Shown here in pieces: positions 14,401 through 23,819 of a stretch of 64,000 nucleotides of DNA. A program made the position numbers and the translations under genes. The stretch comes from Thalia democratica (Eukaryota), in the NCBI GenBank assembly GCA_965202585.1, contig OZ241832.1:41230001-41294000 (forward strand), read 5' to 3'. Numbering within the stretch: position 1 is the stretch's first letter; the number at the start of each line of letters is the position of its first letter. Under the pieces are notes generated by a model. It searched no databases. It was not told where the DNA came from and saw nothing but the letters and a program-made list of their open reading frames with translations.

Positions 14401-16431
14401 TTATAGAACATAGTATGGGGTACCTATATTCTCGTACTCTATTCCATTTTATACAAATATAAAAGTAATATGTGATTGAACAGAATCTTCTTTACCTATA
14501 GAAACTTAATACAGTTTAAACGCACAATTTTTTTTTTTTTAGTTGTCGGTAAAGGTTTTTCTGAATGAAGTAAAATCCCTGTAATAATTAACAACAATCT
14601 TTTTATCAACTAAACTCATTGAATCTATGACTTTTTCATGTTGTAAACTAATAAATTTTTAACTTTTAAACAAAAAATATAATTTTTTTCAATTAATTTA
14701 CACCTTTAAAAACAATTCAAACTATTTTTTTGCAGTTTTTGCACAAGTCGTTAAAAAACTTTATACATAGCTCCACGGACAAAAAATTTAAAATGTACTT
14801 TATTTTAATTGATTATGTTAAAAGATTCTGATTACAAGAATTATAACATTCTAAAAAGCTCCACATAGTAAAACAAGGGTTCGGCAGCTTTTTAACAGTA
14901 GTAACTCGCAATTACTAAAAAAGTTTCTTCACGAGCCAGTTTTTTCTTAAAATTTTTCACGGAACCTTAGTCTTTTGGTTGCTCTTTAAAACTCTTTAAA
15001 TGTAAAACTATCAATGTAATAATCAATGAAAAGCTCTACTTTTTACTGAAATCATCTTTTTAGCTGGTTTAAAACGTTGCGGCCCATATCTGTTTTCCGA
15101 CCCTTAAATTAAACCAAAGCTTAAAATAACGGTTTAATGACAATTTAAACATCTATTATGGATATGTTCCTTTTTTGTAATAGTTCTTTTTATTTTATTT
15201 TTTTTATTCATACTTTAATAATTTTATTTTTCTCTTTAAAGTAAATCAATTTTATAAACTATTAATGCTTTTTGTTTTAGGTTAGATATATATTGTATAG
15301 TTTAAATGTTTAGTCCTGGACAAAACGTTAAAAGGTATCCGTGGTGTGCGATTCGATAACCAAAAGGTTCTTTGTGCACCAGGTCCTAGAACCAAATACT
15401 TTGAGCGTCTTTTTTTGTCGTTCAATAAATTATATAATTTTGTAAAAGTGGAAAACTGTAACTTTTTCAACAACTATTTATTCAGAATAAACGGTTTTAA
15501 ACAAGTATCTATGTTTTAGTTCAAAGTTTATTGATCTATTTTTTTAATTCTATTGACAAATTTAAAATATATAAGCCTATATATATAAAGCTTAAAAGAT
15601 TGTTGACTTTAACTATATAAATGCTTTAATTTATCAATTTAAATTTTGCCATGATTCGTTAAACACAAACATGGTCTTAAAATTGTTTATTTAGGCCAGA
15701 TTGAACTGATCATAAACCAATGATAAAGTAAAATAGGAGTCAGCACTTACATTTTTTAGCTTGAAAACAAACTGAACAAAACAAGCAAGCTTATGCTTTT
15801 CGAGTTAACATTAGTGCTTATTTAATGCCTAATTTTAAGAATTCTACTTATAGATAATCTAATTAATTTAATACTATAAGTTTTTTGATTTATTCTTGGC
15901 TGTTAAGACTTTTTCCTTACAAATCTATGGGTCCGAATGTAATGTAATGGTGTTTCCCTAATATTTGGGATAATAAGCAAAATATTCATTTTTTTAAATT
16001 TAATTTTACCCTTATCCCTAACTAACCTTGCCTAAACATGATAGATATATATCAAAAAAAAAAATTTCTAATAACTTAAAATAAAAAAATTATGCAAAAA
16101 AACTTATTTATTTTGCTGACTCAGCAATTACTAGGGGAAACAGCCATACATTACAACAAGACACAAAATCTATCCATCTAAATTTTTTTTTTATAATTCT
16201 AACTCTCTTCTTTTTTAATAATACCGACCCCTAATGTAGAAAAACTAGTAAATTATATGATTTTGATTATTACGTTAAGTAGTAATAAAATTTATGCCTT
16301 TTTTGTATATCTTCCCTAGATTAAAATGTATAAACTAAATAAAAATGTTGTGGTTAAGTTATTTGTATGAAAATTGTTTACTTTAGTGAATTAGCATCCG
16401 ATTTAAAACGCTTTTTTAAATAATATTTTAT

Positions 16432-16660
16432 GGGACACACTCAGTTCCGACCCGCGCACTATTTTTACTTAATCAACTCCTTCAAAAATAGTTTATACAC
16501 AATTCAATTCCCGCCCGATCCATTCCCACCTAAGTTATGTGACACGGCGTCATTTTTGCACGGGTTTCATTTTTTCACAAAGGGTCACTTTTACACAAGT
16601 ATCCACTTTTTAAAAAATTGTCATTTTTGCACTCGTCATCAGTTTTGCATAGGTGACACT
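16432..16660. mobile_element. Left end of a repeat-array (foldback/Mutator-like) element
   Basis: Begins GGGACACACTCAGTTC, followed by tandem ACTTTT(G/T)CAC-type units. Confidence 0.5.
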
Positions 16661-18904
16661 GTAACAATGTAACCTAGGCAAAATAAAAAACATTGTTTCA
16701 ATATATTCAAGAACTAAAATAAGAATTCGTTCCAAAAGAAATCGCTTCCTTTTAGTGAGACCGTATGATTAAATTAATGTGGAATTTTTTCTCTTCTAAG
16801 TGTATATAAATGAGTTTAGAGAGAGTTAAGCCGGTTTTATTCTAAACAGTAAAGCGGAATTTTTGGCGCATGAACTTTAACACCTGTCATTCACAAATAA
16901 TTAAAAATTTTCACAAATAGCAGATTTATACCTTTAACCATATCTTAACATCAGCTATACTTCACGGAAAATAGAAAAAAAACTTTACGAAGAGTTCGTA
17001 TATAATTTTCATTGCATTTAAGCAAATGAAAAACTTATAATTGTATCACTTCTCGCACCGGTCAAGAACACGACAAACCACAGCTAATTAAAAAATATAA
17101 AAAGCCATAAAGAGTTTAAACAAGCTCCCGGAGTGTGTGGTGAAAATATTTTTTACTTCCAAAAGATTTTAGAAACATAAAGTTTCTACACTAACTTTTT
17201 GATCAAGGTAGGTTAATTAGTATGTATTAAAATGTTATAAAGCTTAAAAAGAGTTTTTAATAAAAACAACATAATATTACTCAAAAATATATTTAAAATA
17301 TGTTTATAGATGTATACAAAAAACAATACCTATTATTATTTAAAATGTTAATTCATCAGTCCTTTTACCAAAATACATTTATTAAAAAAATATTTAACTC
17401 TACCTCTTTTAGTTGACTGATTATACCATTCAGTAAAAAGTTTAGCGTTTAATCAGTATAAGAATAATCTATATCTAGTTTAAGTACCCTGAAATAGTTA
17501 TTGATGTTTGCGATAGGTTTATCTTGAATTTTAGCTAGTTTTATAGTTTAGCAGTTTTAGAATAACTTTATTATGAGAAATGTTTAACTTTTCACTACAA
17601 CTTTGAAATCTTACTTACACTCATATAATATACACCTTTATACCTACTTTAGGGTAATTAAAGCTATTAGTACTTGTTAGACATAATTTACTTTAAAACT
17701 GTTTGCCTCGTATTGTGTGTAAGTGCAGTTTTAAGCAACAATTTAAATATATTTTTCTTTTTTACATAGTTTTTTCCTAGGTTTGTGTGTAAATACTGTT
17801 AAACATACTTATTAGAACTTTTTTTTTGTTTTTCTAGCTCAACTTTCCGTATAACATAAAAGTTGTTTGTTGTAAAATATATGCACTGACTCATACCTTT
17901 CATATTTTAATTTTTACAATTAAGTCGGTATTAAATTTAAAATGATTGGTATTTAATAAATAAACAAATTTAATATCAATTTCGAAAGTATATCATGAAT
18001 TATTTTCAGGGAAAATACAATTAAAACGATACAAGATAAAACTAAACATATATATTGCAAAAATAATCAAAAACTAATCAATCAATTTAACTAAAGTATG
18101 ATTAAGAAATGTACATTATAAATTAATATAAATTGGTTTTAACTAAAAAAGGCTGTAATGTAATCAAATTATTTCATTTTTGCACAAAGTAGGTTTATTT
18201 AAATGTCTTAAAATAACTTTAAATCTGACCAAATAGAAAATTTTTGAGCATTGTCTAAAAACACTAAGCCAAGAAATTTCAAAACTTTTTCATTAAATTA
18301 CATTGTACACTAGTTTTTCAGCTGTAGACAGTGTATTCATAGAAGTTCTGATTGCCAGACTCTTTTTTTCTTTTATATCACCAATGTAAGATATATTGCA
18401 CTATGGTACATGCTTTTTCATTTTTGTTTTTAGATGTTTTGAAGTTCACTCAATGTAGTTACTTTCGAAATAGCACTTAAATTAGTAGACAACAAACTCT
18501 TTTCTTCTGATGTCGTTGAGTCTTTTACGCTTCGATTATGTATTGGCTCGGAAGTTAACTCTGGAATTCATTAAAAAATATATTATGCTTGTAATTTTTA
18601 CTATCTTCATTAAACTAATACAGAATCAACTCCAATATATAAGATTTTTAGTAGTATTGGAAATTATTTCTAACCAAAAAGTTTAACTTTACTTGACTAA
18701 ATAGATTGTGTTTTTATTAATTTATTCTATAGCGTTTTAGGCTACCCGTTTAATTTGAGAATTGATTTTATAATAAGTGATTTATCAATTAAGTCACAGT
18801 TTATTTAGCCAGGTAAAACTAAATGTTAGTCTTATATTTTGTTTTTTGTTTTGTTTATAAACATGTTAAAATTATTTTCGTCAATTTAGCTATATCTAAA
18901 TTCA

Positions 18905-19272
18905 AAAGTCAACCGTGCAAAACTGTCACTCGTGTACAACTTGCACATAAAATGGCTAAGGTAAAAAAAGCGATGCCATGAAAAAATAACGCTTCAGCCG
19001 TACAAAAGTGGTTACTGGTTACTAGTGTGAGAGTAATGGCAGGCTTAAAATCTACACCTATGCATATCTAAAGTCGTGCAAAAGTGACTATCCCTGAAAA
19101 AGTGATGCGATGTAAAAGTAACTGACGGGCGGAAAACAATCGGGAGGGATTTAATTTGGGTAGAAATAATTAGGGTTTTAATTGATTGGGTAGAAATTGA
19201 TTCGGGTTGCAACTGATCGGGTGAGAACCTATCGGTTCAGAATTGATCGCGGGTTAGAATTGAGCGTGTCCC
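18905..19272. mobile_element. Right end of a repeat-array element, inverted relative to 16432-16660
   Basis: GTGCAAAAGTG-type units, then (A/T)TCGGG/TGGGT units, ending GAATTGAGCGTGTCCC (reverse complement GGGACACGCTCAATTC). Confidence 0.5.
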
Positions 19273-19468
19273 TTTAAATTGTAAAAAATTACAATATAAA
19301 GTCTGTCTTTATACTAATTTTTAAAATCTTAAAAGATTCAAGCAGAGTAAATTTTACAGCATGAAGTCGTTACAAGTCGAAAAACAGAAACCATGGTTAA
19401 ACAATTAAATCTTTTAGTATGGTGATTAGTGATGCTTGCTATCAACAGTTTATTAAAAAGTATATCCT

Positions 19469-20328
19469 TATCTTTCGCACGTTGCTTGTGGTTGGTCTGA
19501 TGGACCAGGTTGGCTACGGCGCGAAGAGTGTGGGTCAACACCCCTTTTGTTGATCCCTCTGTCAATGGTACGCTGGCTACAGCGAGTTTCGGGGTTGTTG
19601 ACCTTGTCTAAAGTATGATGTATGTTCTCTTTAGAGAACATACTATCCTTTTTGGGGGGCTTGGATCTATTACTCATTATGCTATACCAAGAGTTAGGTG
19701 TGGCCCACTAGTTGTTTAATTAAATTTAGATATTTTAGATATTTAGATATTTTAGATATTTAGATATTTAAATTAATTAAATTTGATTTGTAAATTTCAG
19801 AGATTATTAAGAGCACCAAAAGCAGCTTGCTTCTTAATTAATTATCCACAACAAAGCTTATTTATTCATTTTTATGTAACCAAATTACAGATAATTTCAA
19901 TATAATTAACTATTAACACCAAAGTTTATTTATTTAAATTTATGTAAAATCCAAAGTACAATTAACTTCAATTTAATTTTATCAACAGCAGAGTTTATTT
20001 ATTCAAATTTATGCAAACCAAAAGTACAATTAACTTCAATTTAATTTTATCAACAGCAGAGTTTAGTTATTCAAATTTATGCAAACCACAGTAAAATTAA
20101 CTTCAATTTAACTTTATTAGAAATTTCCATTTTAAGAGACAGAACTAGAAAATAAGAGATTAATGACAATACTCACAATTTAGCACATAGGAAGTTCAGC
20201 TTGAGCCTTTACAAATCTAATCATTCAAATCTAAGGCGGCAATTTAGAAAGTTAACAAATTAATACAAAAAACCCCTAATTAGAGAAAACTCTTTTGCTG
20301 AATTTAATTTAAAGCCAGAGGCGTTACA
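19469..20328 (-). repeat. 3' LTR
   Basis: Direct repeat of 23611-24469; starts TGTAACGCC on the minus strand; internal (TTTAGATAT)n array and ~60-bp tandem subrepeats. Confidence 0.93.
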
Positions 20329-20340
20329 TTTTCCCCTCTT
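20329..20340 (-). promoter_or_regulatory. Polypurine tract
   Basis: AAGAGGGGAAAA immediately before the TG of the 3' LTR. Confidence 0.85.
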
Positions 20341-20909
20341 ATTAAACATTTTTAGAATTTTAACTTAGGTTTTTTTAGATAAATATTAGTTTTAAGGTGT
20401 TAAACGTTTGTTAAACTGAAAAAAACTTTAAATATAGTCAAGGTTAAAACCATTATACACTAGAGCACTCAACTTAGAGATATATAAGCATGCAACATAA
20501 GTTTATAACTTTCTTTTTGTAATTTACATGTAATAAACAGAAATAATATTTTAAGAGATACTTATGATCATCAACTTTATGTGCTAAAACGTACTTGCAT
20601 ATAACAACATTTTTGAGCTAATTCAAAATCTGGATTTAAACACTCTACTAGCTATTTTTAAAGTAAAATTAAAACTATAAGTATTTAAATGTAGTAAATG
20701 CTTAAGACACTTTTTAAGTGTGGTAAAAATGCTTTTTTTAACAAAATAAAAAAGAAATTCTAAAGAAATTGTAAAGAAAAGACTTTTTTAAAATATAAAT
20801 TTACAAGTTCCTAATTACAATCATGAGTCAAAAGCTTGTTTAAAAGTCAGTGTTTACCGTTCATGATGATGATTCCTTACTCTTACACTGGAGGTTGAGG
20901 CTCGGCCTC

Positions 20910-21158
20910 TTCTTACTCGCCTTCTCCTCCTCTTCTCTGGTTGCTCCAGCTGCGGCCGCTCTTCTTGTAGCGGTTCTCCCGGAACTCTGGCGGGAAGTTT
21001 GGCTCCACTGACGTCCTTCTTCGCGAATTAATCGCTGGCGACCTGGCGTTGTTCACCATCGTCATCAACGCCAACGGATTTGAGGGTCTGCTTGACATCA
21101 TCAGCAGACGGGTTGGCATTGCCCCATGGCATCCGAAGGTGTGCTGCCATGTATGCAT
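20910..21158 (-). pseudogene. RPLP2: Degenerate 60S acidic ribosomal protein P2 sequence inside the LTR element
   Basis: A frame absent from the ORF track reads AYMAAHLRMPWGNANPSADDVKQTLKSVGVDDDGEQRQVASD*FAKKDVSGAKLPARVPG, then after a frameshift AAAGATREEEEKASKK. It aligns by eye to P2 ([47 protein letters not shown]...KLASVP...AAAEEKK). Confidence 0.8.
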
Positions 21159-21645
21159 TTCCAGACGAATCAACATCGTCACTACAATTCTGCTGTACAT
21201 AGTGGCAGCCTGTTCTTATTAGAATGGTTCATTCTGAGGTCTCTGGGGTGTGGCAGTTCGACTTACCCCACCAAACTAGATGAGTGAAAGTTATTGAGCC
21301 ATGATTTTTACAATTTGCTTGGCAAGCTTTCCCAGTGCTAAACAGGAGACAACCAAAACTCAATGCAATATAGAAAATTTTAGATTTTTATATAAAATAT
21401 CACACAGTACCTATTTTAGCTAAGATAATTACAAAAAAAATACATGTCTATAAGATACCAATTTTTAATGGTTGTACAAATAAATATAAAATCAAAAACC
21501 CCATTAATTTTAAAATTAAAAAAATTCTTAAAGTTTAGTCATTTAACAGTAATATAAACAATGCAAGCAGCTTCCAGGTGTTGTACAAAATAATCAGTGA
21601 AAATCAACTGTTGCTTATTTGAATAAGCCCTTAAGTAGTATTCAT

Positions 21646-23046
21646 CTAAAAAGTACCAAATATCTTTCTATGCTTGTACAAAAAAACACCAGGTCTCCTG
21701 GCTTTGACCATGGCAGGCTTGTAATTATCCAATATTATCTCGAGCTCGTAGTTGTGTTTTGGCTTTGCGTGGTAGGTTGGCTTCCTGGTAATTTCAGGGA
21801 AGTCCATTAATAGTCTTTTGCATTTTTCTTCTAACGGAGTCGTATTCTTACCACCCAGATTGATGTGGTTGACTGAAGCGACTATAGGGGTGGGCAACTC
21901 AGCAGGTGCGAACAGTCTAGCTGATTCGTTTGACCCCATCTTGCATAGTTGAGAGGTAGATGGCAGGATCGCTAGTTTGTTCTTTCTTAACAGGTCCATG
22001 CCAATAATGCCAAAGTGGCGTGATTCTTGAATAACCCAGAACGAGTGGTTGATGGGTTCTAAATTCCCCAATTGAAGTTCGACATCCGCGCTACCAATAG
22101 GGTGGGTTGTTTTGTTACCAAACCCTTGGATGGTTCTACTTTGTTTAGGAAAATATTTGTCTATACCGTTAGTCAATTCCTTCGGCAGGATTGAAATTTC
22201 GGATCCGCTGTCAACCAAAAAGATAACATTTGTGTTTGAATCCGCTAAAAATAGTAGGCCCTGAGGGTAGTTCTTCGGTTTGGGTGCAGGGAATTTATTC
22301 AGTTGAAATGTCCATTTTTCTACACTTTTATCTTTATTGTGATTGGTAGTGTCGAGAGATTTTTGTTGTGGTTCTGGCTGCGGTTGCGCTGACCGTTGGG
22401 ACTGCCCGTTGTGGTGCTGGCTAAGGTGGCTCGGATCGTTGGCGCTTGTCGTGGAGGTGCTGGCTAAGGTGGCGCTGACCGTTGACGCTGGCCCTGGTGA
22501 TGCTGGCTGTGTTTGCGCTGACCGTTGGGACTGCCCGTTGTGGTGCTGGCTAAGGTAGCTCGGATCGTTGGCGCTTGTCGTGGAGGTGCTGGCTTCGGTG
22601 GCGCTGACCGTTGACGCTGGCCCTGGTGATGCTGGCTGTGTTTGCGCAGACCGTTGGGACTGCCCGTTGTGGTGCTGACTAAGGTAGCTCGGATCGTTGG
22701 CGCTTGTCGTGGAGGTGCTGGCTTCGGTGGCGCTGACCGTTGACGCTGGCCCTGGTGATGCTGGCTGCGGTTGCTCAGAACTTTGGTTCTCATCAGGTGT
22801 TTCTGCTGCACTACGTGAGGCTGTTTGCTTTATATGAAAAGTCATCTTCGGTTTGTTTGAAGGTGTGGACACTTCATTTCCTGGATGACTTATAGTGCAG
22901 TTTGAGGCATTTCTGGTTGATCTCGGTTGAGATGGGGGTTGCTGTCGAGGGGCGGTTTTATTTACAAACTGGACAGCTTGGGTGTGAGATAGTGTAGCCC
23001 CAATCACTCTCCCTCTCACTGCGGAGAGTTTGGGAGCTCGTTTTTT
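21646..23046 (-). CDS. Retroelement ORF2: S/T/Q-rich repeats plus retropepsin aspartic protease; pol truncated; probably reached by -1 frameshift
   Basis: FLVDSGSEISILP active site, flap IQGFGN, and GIIGMDLL. KHNYELEIILDNYKPAMVKARR resembles the pre-RT linker, after which similarity stops. Confidence 0.85.
   Translation of the reverse strand, partial: KKRAPKLSAVRGRVIGATLSHTQAVQFVNKTAPRQQPPSQPRSTRNASNCTISHPGNEVSTPSNKPKMTFHIKQTASRSAAETPDENQSSEQPQPASPGPASTVSATEASTSTTSANDPSYLSQHHNGQSQRSAQTQPASPGPASTVSATEASTSTTSANDPSYLSQHHNGQSQRSAQTQPASPGPASTVSATLASTSTTSANDPSHLSQHHNGQSQRSAQPQPEPQQKSLDTTNHNKDKSVEKWTFQLNKFPAPKPKNYPQGLLFLADSNTNVIFLVDSGSEISILPKELTNGIDKYFPKQSRTIQGFGNKTTHPIGSADVELQLGNLEPINHSFWVIQESRHFGIIGMDLLRKNKLAILPSTSQLCKMGSNESARLFAPAELPTPIVASVNHINLGGKNTTPLEEKCKRLLMDFPEITRKPTYHAKPKHNYELEIILDNYKPAMVKARRPGVFLYKHRKIFGTF
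22381..22767 (-). repeat. Three tandem 129-bp (43-aa) in-frame repeats in ORF2
   Basis: QPASPGPASTVSATEASTSTTSANDPSYLSQHHNGQSQRSAQT x3, nearly identical. Confidence 0.95.
22999..23046 (-). promoter_or_regulatory. -1 programmed ribosomal frameshift signal
   Basis: A AAA AAC heptamer (23046-23040) in correct phase near the end of ORF1, 5-nt spacer, then hairpin CCCAA-ACTCTCC / GGAGAGT-(GA)-TTGGG. ORF2 is in the -1 frame. Confidence 0.8.
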
Positions 23047-23819
23047 GCATGAGGCGGAGATATCACCTGGCTCCTTGGTAGGTCTTGAGCCTTTGAGGTG
23101 TGTGAAACCTGGTGGGTAACCTGGATTTGAGGATCCATGTATGTATTCTGTCTAACCTGAGTTGAGATGTCGTGATTTGTCCTTGTGGATGGATTTAGAC
23201 TTCTCAATTCATGTAATTCTTCTTGTAATTTTCGAAATTCCTCTAGAAGTTTAGCCCGTCGAATTTGTTCCTTCAAATCTTTGATCCCCTGTACTAACTC
23301 CTCGGCACCCAGTTCTTGAGGTGGCACTTGAATAGGGGGTCTCCTGTTGTTTTGGAGGGAATAGTCCATGTTTAAGTGGTTAGGTTGGAGTTGCTGTTGG
23401 AGTGGCAAGGGTGAGGTTCTTGCTGGAGGAATGGAGCTGTTGCTAGGTGGTCCTGTCACCCTTGGTGGAGGCCCATAGTTGCTAGGTGTAGAATTTTGTT
23501 GGGGTGGGTAGCTTTGTCTTGGCAGACCACTTGGATTAGGCTGGTCTCTAGGTTGTTGATAACTGCCCATTGCTGCCTGGAGTTCTTCCTCCATCACGTC
23601 CGGGTCACCATATCTTTCACGCGTAGGGTGTGGTTGGTCTGATGGACCAGGTTGGCTACGGCGCGAAGAGTGTGGGTCAACACCCCTTTTGTTGATCCCT
23701 CTGTCAATGGTACGCTGGCTACAGCGAGTTTCGGGGTTGTTGACCTTGTCTAAAGTATGATGTATGTTCTCTTTAGAGAACATACTATCCTTTTTGGGGG
23801 GCTTGGATCTATTACTCAT
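23016..23819 (-). CDS. Retroelement ORF1 (gag position), P/Q-rich with a coiled coil
   Basis: 267-codon ORF that starts in the 5' LTR and reads through the PBS; heptad segment EELVQGIKDLKEQIRR...LQEELHEL; no recognisable capsid or CCHC motif. Confidence 0.7.
   Translation of the reverse strand: MSNRSKPPKKDSMFSKENIHHTLDKVNNPETRCSQRTIDRGINKRGVDPHSSRRSQPGPSDQPHPTRERYGDPDVMEEELQAAMGSYQQPRDQPNPSGLPRQSYPPQQNSTPSNYGPPPRVTGPPSNSSIPPARTSPLPLQQQLQPNHLNMDYSLQNNRRPPIQVPPQELGAEELVQGIKDLKEQIRRAKLLEEFRKLQEELHELRSLNPSTRTNHDISTQVRQNTYMDPQIQVTHQVSHTSKAQDLPRSQVISPPHAKNELPNSPQ
23593..23610 (-). promoter_or_regulatory. Primer binding site for tRNA-Trp
   Basis: TGGTGACCCGGACGTGAT directly after the 5' LTR; matches the complement of the vertebrate tRNA-Trp 3' end as I recall it (TGGTGACCCCGACGTGAT) at 17/18. 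Confidence 0.85.

Noticed and set aside
16432-19272. Repeat-spacer-like arrays considered as CRISPR
   Set aside because: Eukaryotic context, degenerate ~17-nt units without unique spacers, and no cas genes.
19338-19677. ORFs of 75 and 69 aa
   Set aside because: They are the 3' LTR copy of the ORF1 start and a frame running across the LTR/flank junction, not separate genes.
21555-21692. Loose CCWGGTGTT...GTACAA inverted similarity at the pol truncation point
   Set aside because: Too short and imperfect to call a nested element; no TSD.
22343-22811. Alternative-frame and antisense ORFs over the 129-bp repeats
   Set aside because: Expected by-product of GC-rich tandem repeats.
23593-23610. 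tRNA-like sequence
   Set aside because: Only 18 nt matching a tRNA 3' end and no cloverleaf; it is a PBS, not a tRNA gene.
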